NCBI RefSeq assembly: GCF_001194135.2 | Contig: NC_069003.1 | Coordinates: 9,779,613 to 9,843,612 of the forward strand | Source: Octopus bimaculoides | Lineage: Eukaryota | DNA: 64,000 bases | Direction of reading: 5' to 3' | Shown: positions 27,871-40,484 of the stretch, in pieces | Layout: the number at the start of each line of letters is the position of its first letter | Numbering within the stretch: the first letter of the stretch is position 1 | Program-made: the position numbers and the translations under genes | The notes under the pieces: model-generated | The model's input: the letters and a program-made list of their open reading frames with translations, nothing else | The model's database searches: none | Told to the model about the DNA's origin: nothing

Positions 27871-28499
27871 CTGCTACAGCAGCTGCAGCTTAGTTTTTGA
27901 GATGTTCCTATATTCAGCAAAGACATTTCTTCACTCTTCAATTAAGTCTTATCACAAGAAGTTGTTCCAGATATGAAAGCTTAAACAGACGAACACTTAT
28001 TTATCGAATTACAATGGAAAGATAATATAAGCTGTGTGTTATAGTTGAATCTTCTGTTAGACATTGTAAACAGCAACAACAACCATAACAACAACAACTC
28101 CAATCATCATCATCAACAACAATAGCTAATACACATAAATGACTCAAAAATGAATGTATTTGTGTATATGTATCATCTGTGTGTGTGTGTGTGTGTGTGT
28201 GTGTGAGAGGATATTTGAATGGATGGTTGGATATCCCACTAAATATATTTGTATACATATATAACGAAGTAATTTTGATAACAGTATGAAATCAACGATG
28301 TAAAGAAATGAGAAATGAAATTCGAACATCGTCTTTTTTTTTTTCTTTTCCTTTTGTATCGGTTTTCAGGCAATTGAAAGTTGAACAAATCCCCACAACC
28401 ACTACCAAAGAAAAACAAAAACAAACAAACAAGAAAAAAAAAAATAAAAGATTATTAAAGTCAAAGGTTGATTTATATTTTGATTGGAATTCTTATGTT

Positions 28500-28532
28500 T
28501 TTTTGGCGCCAACCATTTTGAAGGCGCCAATA
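28500..28532. promoter_or_regulatory. E2F-like (TTTGGCGC) and CHR-like (TTTGAA) motif cluster
   Basis: ttttggcgccaaccattttgaaggcgccaa in unique sequence with several CpGs. Confidence 0.3.
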
Positions 28533-28694
28533 TCTCTGAGCTGTTTCAATCGCGGTTAATATTGATGTGTTGTGTTGGTGAATACAGCAGTTGTGGATAG
28601 TGAGATACGATTGATATGACTAACAAACATTCCACATAATGCAGAGTGATAAATCTTCTTATTCACAGTGAATCATCGCAGACGACAGCCATAC

Positions 28695-28730
28695 CAAAAT
28701 GGAGTCAAACTTTAACACTTCTGCTGCCAT
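28695..28730 (-). CDS. Possible first coding exon (MAAEVLKFDSIL)
   Basis: attATGG Kozak context, 12 codons, then GTATGG donor-like site; no homology evidence. Confidence 0.2.
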
Positions 28731-29353
28731 AATCAAATATTAGCTATTCTTTCGCTTTCTCTCCCTCGTATTTATTTATTACGGACGAGTTGTCGACACG
28801 TACTAACGTTCTTCTAATATTCTTGTAATACTGATAAACTGATAACCGTACAGGTTCCGGTAAATATCCTTAAAAATATTGTAAAATAAATTGAAACCAC
28901 GTGGAAGTTACACAGCAAGCTTCAGATGACACCAAATTTAATTTTCATTGTCAAGGCAGTTATAATTTGATCAGAGGTAAAAGGAATTCGATATGTGTTA
29001 TTCTTGTTCACCAAAGCAACCACGACCTGCTAGAAATAGTAGCTAATTCTCCTTCTGATCACGCCTGACTGTCTAAAAGAAGAAATAACATACAAAATAA
29101 TACAATGTTACCCAAGATATACTAAGCCTAAATGAATAGAAGGACCTTTCATAGATATTGCAAAATGAAAATGCTTTTGATCAAGGTCTACTCAATCGCA
29201 GCTAACCGAAGGGTTGCTACCAGCACTAGATTTACATATGGGCCAATATGGAAAGGGCTCTGGGACTCCCAGTTTTGGGTAGACCCTGCTTTTATCTCTC
29301 TTACAATTTATTTATTACAGATGAGTTGTCTGATGTTCTATGCTACTGTAAAC

Positions 29354-29624
29354 ATGTGGTTGTGTGGTAAGAAGCTTGCTTCTCAACCACATGGTTCCAG
29401 ATTCACCTTGTGCAAGTGTCTTCTACTACAGCCATGGGCCAGCCAAAGCCTTGTGAGGGGATTTGGTAGATGGAAACTGAAAGAAGCCTATCGTGTGTGT
29501 ATATATATATACACATACATACAAAAGGCTTCTTTCAGTTTCCAGCGTTTAGTTTTGCTATATATATATATATATATATATATACACGCACACACACAAT
29601 AGGCTTCTTTCAGTTTCCAATGTT

Positions 29625-29659
<35 letters not shown>

Positions 29660-30150
29660 NNNNNNNNNNNNNNNNNNNNNNNNNNNNNNNNNNNNNNNNN
29701 NNNNNNNNNNNNNNNNNNNNNNNNNNNNNNNNNNNNNNNNNNNNNNNNNNNNNNNNNNNNNNNNNNNNNNNNNNNNNNNNNNNNNNNNNNNNNNNNNNNN
29801 NNNNNNNNNNNNNNNNNNNNNNNNNNNNNNNNNNNNNNNNNNNNNNNNNNNNNNNNNNNNNNNNNNNNNNNNNNNNNNNNNNNNNNNNNNNNNNNNNNNN
29901 NNNNNNNNNNNNNNNNNNNNNNNNNNNNNNNNNNNNNNNNNNNNNNNNNNNNNNNNNNNNNNNNNNNNNNNNNNNNNNNNNNNNNNNNNNNNNNNNNNNN
30001 NNNNNNNNNNNNNNNNNNNNNNNAGAATAAGTACCAGACTTTTTTTTTTAAAAATAAGCACTGGGATCAATTCATTCGACTAAAATTCTTCAAAGCAGTG
30101 CTCCAGCATGGCCACAGTCTGATGGCAGAAACAAGCAAAAGAACAAGAGA
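29354..30150 (+). mobile_element. SINE family B spanning an N-gap
   Basis: Head at 29354, tail agaataagtacc...gctccagcatggccacag after gap 29660-30023. Confidence 0.75.
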
Positions 30151-30584
30151 CAGAAAATCCTTTAAAATATTGAAAAATTACATTGAAACAACTTGGAGTA
30201 ACACTGCCAGCTTCAAATGACACCAAATTTAATTTTCTTTCTCAAGGAAGTCATAATTTGATGAAAGGTAAAAGAAATCCAAAAGTTTTATTTTTGTTTG
30301 CCAAAGCAACCATAATATGCAAGACAGAGTAACTGAATTTCCTTGAAAGATACACTACCGTCTAAAGGAAGAAATATCAAATAAGATAAGACATGGTTGT
30401 CATTGACATACTACACCTAAATAAAGAGAAATGTCTTGTGAAAAATAATGGTGGAAAATAGAAACATCTTTGATTTTAGATCAGTCTAGTCACTGCTAAC
30501 TTGAGGACTTTTACCCATGTAAATATGAGGGCTAAACATGGGGTGCTACCCTTGTAAATACGAGGGCTAAACAAGGACTGCAGT

Positions 30585-30688
30585 TTCTTTTGCGAAGCTG
30601 CTAAGTTATGGGGATGTAAACACACCAACATCGGTTGTCAAGTGATGGTTGGGGGGGGGGGACAAACACAGACACACAAACATACATA

Positions 30689-30768
<80 letters not shown>

Positions 30769-30924
30769 GCTTCTTTCAGATTCTGTCTACCAAATCCACT
30801 CACAAGGCTTTGGTCGGCCCCGAGGCTGTAGTAGAAGACACTTGCCCAAGGTGCCATGCAGTGGGACTGAACCTGGAACCATGTAGTTGGAAAGCAAGCT
30901 TCTTACCATACAGCCATGCCTGCT
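30585..30924 (-). mobile_element. SINE family B
   Basis: ctaagttatggggatgtaaacacacc...(TA)n...cagccatgcctgc. Confidence 0.85.
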
Positions 30925-30934
30925 TCATGGTTAG

Positions 30935-31225
30935 GGTATTTGGCTGGTGATCAGAAAGTCAAGTGTTTGGTTCCTGGCAGCACATTGTGTTCTTGAGCAA
31001 GTCACTTTACTTCACATTGCCCCAGTCCACTCAGTTGGTAAAAACAAGTTATATCTGTTATTCAAAGGGGCCAGCCTTGTCCCTATTCTATATCACATTG
31101 AATCTTCCTTCCCGAGAACTATGTTAAGGGTGTGCATGCTTGTGGAATACTCAACCACTAGCAGATGTATTTCACGAGCAGGCTGTTCCGTTGACCGGAT
31201 CAACCAGAACATATGTCAGCATAAC
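30935..31225 (+). mobile_element. SINE family C variant
   Basis: tgtgttcttgagcaagtcactttacttcacattgc...gagcaggctgttccgttgacc. Confidence 0.75.
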
Positions 31226-31239
31226 CAACAGAGAACCAG

Positions 31240-32260
31240 TTTAATAAGCTTTCATATGTTGTACATATTAGATACAAAATTTAATAAATTGCCATGTTGC
31301 ATTCCATCAAGATGATGTGCACTGAATATTAAAGGTGGCCAATGAAGCAATTTTAGGAAAAAATTCATTGATATCTCAAACAACTTCATCTAGAATTGAC
31401 AATAGACATAACTCTAAACAGTAAATTTCTTTGATACAACACTAAACTTAAGCAGTGGCAACTACCACCCCTTCAGAAAACTCAAGAAATGGTTGCTATT
31501 CATTTAATGCTGTTTATGGGATTTTGTGTTATTTGAGATGTTTGTGATCTATTGAATTTTATCTTTAATGTCACTTAGCCTCAGAATGTTGTTGTAATAT
31601 TCATTGATAGAAACTCCAGCCATCTGCACTTCATTCTCAAGATTATAGTCAAGAATATAGTCAGCATATCTTCAAATGAAGCCACTTTCACTTCTATACT
31701 GAAATGAAACCTATTTCATTACATCACCTAAATATTACAACACTCTTATGCTGCTAAGTGACATTAAAGGTAAAATTCAATCGATATCAAACATCTCAAA
31801 TAACACAAAATGCCATAAACAGCATTAAACAGCCCCCAGCTCAATTTCAATGTCAGAAAAATTCACTAATAAATGTCTCACTCTGATACAATTACATTGA
31901 CCTTAAAATGTTCAACAGACGCGATGTTAAGCTAAATTAGAGCTGCATCATATAGCAAGCAACAGTGACATAAATGTATTACATAACAACAACATGGACA
32001 CCTTCCAATGTGCAGTTGTACTAACCCCTACAAACTGCCAACTCAACTATTGATGCCTTAAAAAAAATCAATAACATACCACATATATGTATGCACTAAT
32101 AACATACCACAACCTACAATGATTTAACAGAGAATACTTTTAAAAAGAAGATTCTACCAACACACCTACGCCTTCAGAAATATTAACAGAAGAACTGTCC
32201 AAATGCATGTGACTGCTGAAAGCTCAACACCACTAAGAGGAGAAAAATGTTAGTATACCA
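31240..32260 (+). mobile_element. Penelope-like element: decayed RT C-terminus and GIY-YIG endonuclease
   Basis: 31418-31483 TVNFFDTTLNLSSGNYHPFRKL; ~31941 SCII*QATVT; ~32110-32225 TTYNDLTENTFK(fs)RRFYQHTYAFRN...LSKCM*LLK. Confidence 0.75.
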
Positions 32261-32549
32261 AGCAGAATGAAAATTGCAGTCTGTGTACTGTAAAATAGAC
32301 TATATTGCTCCATTCTACAGAAGTCAGTATTAAAGCTCCATTCTGAACTCAAACTCTGATTTGAACTCCTTATGTATACATAGGTCCAAGTACCTCCTCA
32401 AAAACTTTAAAACCAACAGTGTTATCATCTACCTGCTTTAACACCAACTGAATAGGACATCATATATGTACCCACATATCAATAGCCTCCTACATAACAC
32501 CCACAGTGCACATCCAGACATTTCATATTACGTTTTAATATCCATAATC

Positions 32550-32735
32550 AAGATGGCAGAACCGTTAGCACACTGTGCAAAATGATTAGCAGCATTTCGT
32601 CCAACTTTACATTCTGAGTTCAAATTCCGTCAAAGTCAACTTTGCCTTACATCCTTTCGGGATCAATAAAGTAAGTACCAACTTAGCACTGGGATCGATG
32701 TAATTGACTTACCCCACTGGCCTTGTGCCAACAAA
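32550..32735 (+). mobile_element. SINE family A2
   Basis: gatggcagaaccgttagc...ttctgagttcaaattcc...ggccttgtgcc. Confidence 0.85.
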
Positions 32736-32782
32736 TCAAAAAATACCTTAGAAATGAGAACCCAGGTTCAAAATTTCCCCAA

Positions 32783-32828
32783 GACACCTGATGAAGGTTG
32801 GAAGGTATATCGGCTGAAACGTTGTGTT
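32783..32828 (+). ncRNA. Minimal (dimer-type) hammerhead motif in a PLE pLTR-like segment (~32745-32900)
   Basis: gacac CTGATGA a ggttg gaaggtatat cggct GAAA C GTT gtgtt; stem I GACAC/GUGUU; palindromic AACGUU replaces stem III; stem II has three G-U pairs. Confidence 0.65.
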
Positions 32829-33139
32829 AACAACAAACAAGATGAGGACAAATATCCATCAAATGTAAATGTACGTAATTCCTCATCTCTTAAATATAGA
32901 AATGTACATATATGTACATATTATTTTTTTACTTGTTTCAGTCATTTGAATGTGGCCATGCTGGAGCACATCACTTTTAGTCGAACAAATCAACCCCAAG
33001 ATTTATTCCTTGTAAGCCTAGTACTTACTCTATTGGTCTTTTTGCTGAACCACTAAGTTACGTGGAACATAAACACACCAGCATCGGTTGTCAAGTGATG
33101 GTGGGGGGACAAACAGACACACAAATGCATACATGCATT

Positions 33140-33292
33140 CCATATTTTAATGTCTATAAGGAACCCATTTTGGTCAAAAATTAGGTTTAAAAATATGGGA
33201 GTTTCTTATACATCATAGTATTATAATCCCTTACAAAACCCTTTACAAATTTTAAGCCCCAAAAATTAGGGGGCTCCTTATACATGTTAAGA

Positions 33293-33297
<5 letters not shown>
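33140..33297. mobile_element. Tc1/mariner-type MITE, degenerate
   Basis: ccatattttaatgtctataag ... cttatacatgttaagatacag-TA; same TIR style as 3166-3493. Confidence 0.5.
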
Positions 33298-33323
<26 letters not shown>

Positions 33324-33342
33324 ACAGGATTTTTTCAGTTTC

Positions 33343-33560
33343 TTATTTCTTTACTGCCCACAAGGGGTTACACAGAGGGGACAAACAAGGACAGAAAAAT
33401 GGATTAAGTCGATTAAATCAACCCCAATGCATAATTGGTACTTATTTAATCGACCCCGAAAGGATGAAAGGCAAAGTCGACCTCGGCAGAATTTGAACTC
33501 AGAACGTAGTGGCAGATGAAATACTTCAAAGCATTTCACCCGGCGTGCTAACGTTTCTGC
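33343..33560 (-). mobile_element. SINE family A1
   Basis: ttcttatttctttactgccc...cggcgtgctaacgtttctgcc. Confidence 0.9.
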
Positions 33561-34375
33561 CTACCAAATTCACTCACAAGGCTTTGGTTGGCTCGAGGCT
33601 ATAGTAGAAGACACTTGCCCAAGGTGCCACACAGTAGGACTGAACACCAGAACCATGTGGTTGAGAAGCAAGCTTCTAACCACACAGCCACTCTTGCGCT
33701 TACGTATGTTATAATAATGAAGTCAAACCAAATAGTGATATATACTATAAAGCCATTTAATACACAAGTTTCAGGCCTACATAAATTCTGATTCATTTAT
33801 GTATATATTTATGCATTTAATGAAGCTTTTTACCCAATTTTTGATAGATTTTTCTTTGGTTCATAATTTATATAATCCTTAGAATATCTGCTGTAATGAC
33901 AAGCTTAAGTATTTAACCTTTCCCTACACATTTCCAATGAACATCGACCACTCCTTAAATAACTGCAAAACAATTCTTCTTTACATTCTATGTTTATTTG
34001 TATCACTGTTTCCATGAAGTCTCTATTTACACAGCTTCATCCACCACTTCCCTCTATGCATGTCTACAGTGATTAAACACCCAAATGGTTTTATATATTA
34101 ATGTACGAATGTAGTTTCGTGTACACAAGCATTTGCATAACTTTCTGGGCATCCATATATTTTGTATCTAGTTGTTTTTATATTCCTTGTATCTTTTAGA
34201 TTTTTGGCAATTTTTTTTTTTGGGGGGGGGGTATTTTGTATTATTCAAACATCCGTTCTTCATGCATTGATGCAGATTTACATGCAGATATGCAGATTCA
34301 CGTGTCCATGCGAGGAGGAATGCACTACAATTTGTGTGTAGATTTATGTGCATGCATGCAACCATACAGACCTGA

Positions 34376-34427
<52 letters not shown>

Positions 34428-34594
34428 GCATATAAAATTGTGGATATGTGTGTGTGTGAGTGTCCATGCAATTGCTTGCATGTGCAGCAGAATATTCATA
34501 GAATGTCTAAGTATACATGCATGTGTTTGCATATATATTTCTATAAATGCATGTGTGTACACAAGCGTGTCTATATGTGTGTGTGTGTGTGTGT

Positions 34595-34601
34595 ATAGAT
34601 G

Positions 34602-34656
<55 letters not shown>

Positions 34657-34707
34657 GCAGAATTAGAGAAAGAGACAGATAGCTAGATAGATACAGAGCT
34701 AGGTAGG

Positions 34708-34750
<43 letters not shown>
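34595..34750. repeat. (GATA)n microsatellite
   Basis: Directly visible. Confidence 0.95.
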
Positions 34751-34944
34751 GTGTGTGTGTGTGTGTGTGTGTGCAACATTATGTAGTAAAAAATTTGCTT
34801 CCCAACCACATGGTTCCAGGTTCAGTCTCACAGCATGGCATTTTGGGTAAGTGTCTTCTGCTGTAACCTCAGGCCAACCAAGGCCTTGTGAACAGATTTG
34901 GCAGATGGAAACTGAAAAAATCCTGTCATGAGTGGATACATCGT

Positions 34945-35200
34945 TGTCGTCGTCGTCGTTTAACGTTCGCTTTCCATGCTAGCATGGGTTGGACGATTTG
35001 ACTGAGGACTGGTGAAATCAGATGGCTACACCAGGCTCCAGTCTGATTTGGCAGAGTTTCTACAGCTGGATGCCCTTCCTAACGCCAACCACTCAGAGAG
35101 TGTAGTGGGTGCTTTTACGTGTCACCCGCATGAAGGCCAGTCAGGCGGTACTGGCAACGGCCACACTCATCTCGCTCGAAAAACCTCATGTGTCACCCGC
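34945..35200 (-). mobile_element. RTE-tail repeat (family D), well preserved
   Basis: gtcgtcgtcgtttaacgttcgctttccatgctagcatggg...ggccagtcaggcggtactggcaacg. Confidence 0.8.
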
Positions 35201-35497
35201 ACAAGAGCCATATATATATATATGTGTGTGTGTGTGTTTGTACAATATGTGTATGTGTGAATATATATGCATGTATGATGTTGGAATTCAGAATCTGAAT
35301 GTGTGGATAGAGGTTGACACATTATTCTTGCCAGTCAGGACACCTGTAAGCCCCTAGGTAGGGGATTTTTTTTTGCGTCAATTTTTATCTACAGGAATGT
35401 TCTCCTAAAGAGAAGAATGGAACCTTTAGATTCCTAACTTCGAAACTGCAATAAAGAATTAACCTTTTGTTTTTAAGCTTTGAATTTTATGTCATTT

Positions 35498-35605
<108 letters not shown>

Positions 35606-35736
35606 TGCATACACTAACATATATGTATAAATATATGTTACTGTACACAAATATGCTTCTCTGTCTATATACAAATATATATATATACTTCCTGGTAATT
35701 AATCGATATTAATTAATATATGATTTTTACCCCATG

Positions 35737-35790
<54 letters not shown>

Positions 35791-36128
35791 TAGATAGATA
35801 TGTAATTGTCTCTGTGCATATGTGTGAAGGTGTGCATGTCTGCAACAGCAACCACACAGTACAATTTTATACACACATGTGACTATGCAGCCTAGACCAA
35901 AATGAAGGTCAACTGATTCCCTAAATACAGCTCAAAAATGGTGACCCCTCATCACTTTTCCATTGTTTCATTGCCAAGACATTAAGACATAATAAGTTCT
36001 GAATGTGAAATAATAGATTTAATATTAAGATTGCTTCCAAGCTTTCCTCGAGGCCAAGCCTAATAGCCATCATCACCACTAGTATGATCATCATTATTGT
36101 TGTTGTTGTTGTTATTATTGTTATTAGG

Positions 36129-36566
36129 GCAACAAGTTGGCAGAATTGTTAGCGTGCCGGGTTAAATGCTTAGCGGTATTTCACCCGTTGCTACATTCTG
36201 TGCTCAAATTCCTCTGAGGTCGAAGCTTGCTTCCCAACCGCATGGTTCTGGGTTCAGTCTCAATGCTTCGTGCGTTGGGCAAGTGTCTTCTACTTATGAT
36301 TGAATTTGGCTGACAGAAACTGAAAGAAGCCAATCATTTATACGTATGTGTGTGTGTGTGTGTGTGTGTGTTTGTTCTCTACCACTGCCTTACAAGCAGT
36401 GTTGGTTTGTTTATGTGCCTGTAACTTAGTAGTTCAGCAGAAGGACCCAATAAAATAAGTACCAAGTTTAATAAAAGAAAAGTACTGGGCTTGATTCATT
36501 CAATTAAAATTCTTCAAGGTGGTGCCACAGCATGGCCACAGTCTAATGACTGAAATAAGTAAAAGA
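36129..36566 (+). mobile_element. SINE A fragment fused to 5'-truncated SINE B
   Basis: ggcagaattgttagcgtgcc...gaggtcg|aagcttgcttcccaacc...gactgaaataagtaaaag. Confidence 0.75.
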
Positions 36567-37049
36567 TTTTTAAAAATGGTAAGGTATATATATGTATATG
36601 TGTACATGTGTGTGTGTGTATACACATACATGCAAGCATATACATACATATATGCACACACGTACATACACACACACATAAACTCACATGCCCACATGCA
36701 ATTATACACACACACATACAGACATCCACACACACATGCACACATGCAAATATATACACATGCACACACACACAAGCATGTACATGCTCACATACATGCA
36801 TACACATGCACACACACAAGTGCACACACATGCATGTACATGCACACATACACACACACACATGCACGTACATGTTCATATACATGCACACACACGCATG
36901 CACACGCACATGCATGTACATGCACACACACACACACACACACGCACGCACGCACACACACGCATTTGGCAAAAAAAGTTACAAAAGTGACTTTTGTAAT
37001 TCACTGCCAAATGAAAAAAAAAAACAGAAAGAAACCTCTCTGCATTTGG

Positions 37050-37485
37050 TACGAGGCCTAAAATTTCGGGGAAGTGGACGGGTCAATTCCATTGACCCCA
37101 GTGCTCGACTGGCAATTACTTCATTGACCCTGAAAGGATAAAAGTCAAAGTCGACCTCAGTGGAATTTGAACTCAGAACCAAAAGATGGCCAAAATGCAG
37201 CCAAGCATTTTATCCAGCACATTAACCATTCTTATTTCTTTATTGGTCACAAGGGGCTAAACATAGAGGAGACAAACAAGGAGAGACAAAGGGGTTAAGT
37301 CGATTACATCAACCTCAGTACGTAACCGGTACTTAATTTATCGACCCCGATAGTATGAAAGGTAAAGTCGACCTTGGCGGAATTCGAACTCAGAACGTAG
37401 CAACAGACGAAATACTACTAAGCATTTCGCCCGGCGTGCTAATGTTTCTGCCAGCACATTAACCATTCTGCCAACTCACTGCTTT
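37050..37485 (-). mobile_element. SINE A1 nested in the head of an older SINE A2, 19-bp TSD
   Basis: ccagcacattaaccattct duplicated at ~37214-37232 and ~37451-37469. Confidence 0.85.
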
Positions 37486-37900
37486 CTGCCGATTAAAACG
37501 AATAAAAAATATATATATTCTAATGTATTGAGCTCTTTTTATCCTGTTTGTTCCAACAAACCTATAAACAAACACACACACACACACATATATATACACA
37601 TATATAGCTGTATATACAAATATACATATTTATGTATTATACATAATATATATATATACAATATATATATATATATATATATATAAATTATAGAAAATGC
37701 ATATATATTTTTATATACTTGGGCATATATATGTAATATGTGTGTGTGTGTGTGTGTAAATATTCATGTATATATAAGTATCTATGTGTGTGTGTGTGTG
37801 TGTGTGTATAGATATATATACATATATATATATGCATATATATGCGCATTTGTGTGTATATATATATGTATATAAATGTATGTGTGTATGTATGTATAAA

Positions 37901-37946
<46 letters not shown>

Positions 37947-39360
37947 CGTATGTGTTTGTGTGTGTATATATTATATGTATAAATATATACACACACACAC
38001 ACATATATATATATATTTTATAGTTAAAAAATGTTTGTGAAGAGACAAAAATTACTCAAAACATGAAAAAAAAACATGTTATCTTCAACAGCAAATGAAG
38101 AAAAGATACAAAAACACCTTTACAACAACAACAACAAGTATATCAAGCAAAACAAACACATTGTCATGTGCAACATCTCCAATACGAAAAAAAAAAAAAA
38201 AACATCATCATCATCATCAACAACAATTTTAGAATCAACATTAGCATCAAGACCAGACCATCAACAGCAACAATAAGAAGAACGAAAAAGGTGTGTGTGT
38301 GTGTGTGTATAAAGAGATATTTGCTATCGTCTGCAAAATGAAATAGTAACTTGACTGTTTGATATTTTACTAACGACAAACTACAAGCTCTCGGTTTAGT
38401 TTCTTTAACGAGCTGACATCATTGTCATTGTCGCCACCATTATCATTAATGTAATTTATTATTAATTTCTTTTTGCATGCCATGAGAACCCCCAAGATGT
38501 TGGGCGTCGATGCAAGGATGGAATTGTACAAAAGAAAACGATACAAGAAAGAGGAGGGGCGAGAGGGGTAAATGAATGGGAGGTGGCCCGAGATCAATAG
38601 AGACACAATAAGTAAATGACTATGAATAATAATAATAATAATAATAAGAGAAGCACAAAATTTTATGGGATTTTCCTATTCAAATGGATAAGAAGATAGA
38701 ATATAATAGACCAGACATAATAATTGATAAGGAAAAATTAAATTGCTTACTAATTGATCCATCATGTCCGTTTGATTACAGGATTGAGGAATTCCAACCA
38801 CGTTTTGTGGTTCGCTACCTCAACAGCTCCTTTATAGGATCCAGTGACTAAACACATCATCAGGAGGAACCATGTCCAGTTTCGGCCCCTACTCCCCTAC
38901 TGTTTTCGATTTTGCACCCTGCTCCTTTCGGAGGTGTCTTCAGCTCTGGTGTTGAGTGCATTTCTTCTTTCTCTTTTTTTCTCCTGTTCCCTGGCCTCTT
39001 CGATGCAGAGTGTAACAATGCTGGGCCTTTGAAATACTGGTACAACTCATTTTTGCCAGCTGAGTGGACTGGAGCAATGTGAAATAGAATATTTTGCTGA
39101 AGGACAAAATGCGTTGTTGAGAATTGAACTCATGACCTTCCGATCGTGGCCTGAATACCCTTAAACCATCCACCGTCGCCCTACATACATACATCATGTG
39201 CAAATATAACCAATTGATAAATCATTGTTTGGGAGAGAGACAAGAAAATGTATGTTGCTGTCATAAAGATCAGCTGTCCTAGTGATGTGAATATCTCTTC
39301 GTAAATCAAAGAGAAAAAACGATAACTGCAGATAATTGCTTCAAAAGCTTCAGCTTCTGT

Positions 39361-39742
39361 GGTTGGCACTCCGTCGGTTTCAACGTCAAGGGTTCCAGTT
39401 GATCCAATCAACGGAACAGCCTGCTCGTGAAATTAACGTGCAAGTGGCTGAGCACTCCACAGACACGTGTACCCTTAATGTAGTTCTCGGGGATATTCAG
39501 CGTGACACAATGTGACAAGGCTGACTCTTTGAATTACAGGCACAACAGAAACAGGAAGTAAGAGTGAGAGAAAGTTGTGGTGAAAGAATACAGCAGGGTT
39601 CACCACCATCCCCTGCCGGAGTCTAATGGAGCTTTAGGGGTTTTCGCTCAATAAACACTCACAAAGCCCGGTCTGGGAATTGAAACCACGATCCTACGAC
39701 CGCGAGTCCGCTGCCCTAACCACTGGGCCATAGCACCTCCAC
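39361..39742 (-). mobile_element. SINE family C, full length
   Basis: ttggcactccgtcgg...gagtccgctgccctaaccactgggccatagcacctccac. Confidence 0.9.
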
Positions 39743-40396
39743 TGTACCTAGTTTATAAATTCACATTTCCATCAATTATAACTGGTGCACTTGGTTTTTT
39801 TGCGAGTAAATGCTTAAGTGACAAGCTGGATAAGCTAAGGTTTTCATAAAAAGAAATCAACCAATGATTTTGCACATTACAAAATAAAATCTGTAAGCGG
39901 GAACAATAAAAGTATATAAGACATTTCTCAAGTTTAAAATGTGAATATGTTTTTGTTATCTACTTTTCAAAAATGGAGTTTTTTTAATCTTTATTAAAAG
40001 CCATCTCCTTCTTGACAGGAAGACATCAAATAATGGAAGATAAAAGAGGACATACAAACATAGAAACAATATATATCATACAAAAATAAACACACACACA
40101 CACAAATATTAATTGAAGGTTCACTCAATTTTCCCAGTAGATTATCACATTTGTTTTTATTTTTACAAAGAAAAGGCTTGACAGCAACTTGGAAATCTCA
40201 CTTTTGTTAGACCAACGGATGAAGGTAACTTAAAGGAAACTTTGAAGTCGTTGTCAACCTTTTCCAAGTAAATACACAAATATTCACAGACACACATTAA
40301 ACTCAACACAGTTCTCCATCTTGTTGAATCTGTCAAACCATCTAACCTCTGCCAGAACAGAAGACAGATGTTAAATGATGATAAGCGAGGAGGAGG

Positions 40397-40484
<88 letters not shown>

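Larger units (their letters stand above)
32925..33700 (-). mobile_element. SINE family B carrying two nested insertions
   Basis: Tail at 32925, head at 33700; interrupted by a MITE (33140-33297) and SINE A1 (33343-33560). Confidence 0.8.

Noticed and set aside
27245-27941. Poly-M, poly-I, poly-D and poly-S ORFs of 119-207 aa
   Set aside because: All are frames of one (ATC)n tract at a SINE tail; no splice or codon evidence.
38855-38960. CTGATGA, CTGAAGA and GAAA words on the minus strand
   Set aside because: Stems I and II cannot be formed in any hammerhead topology.
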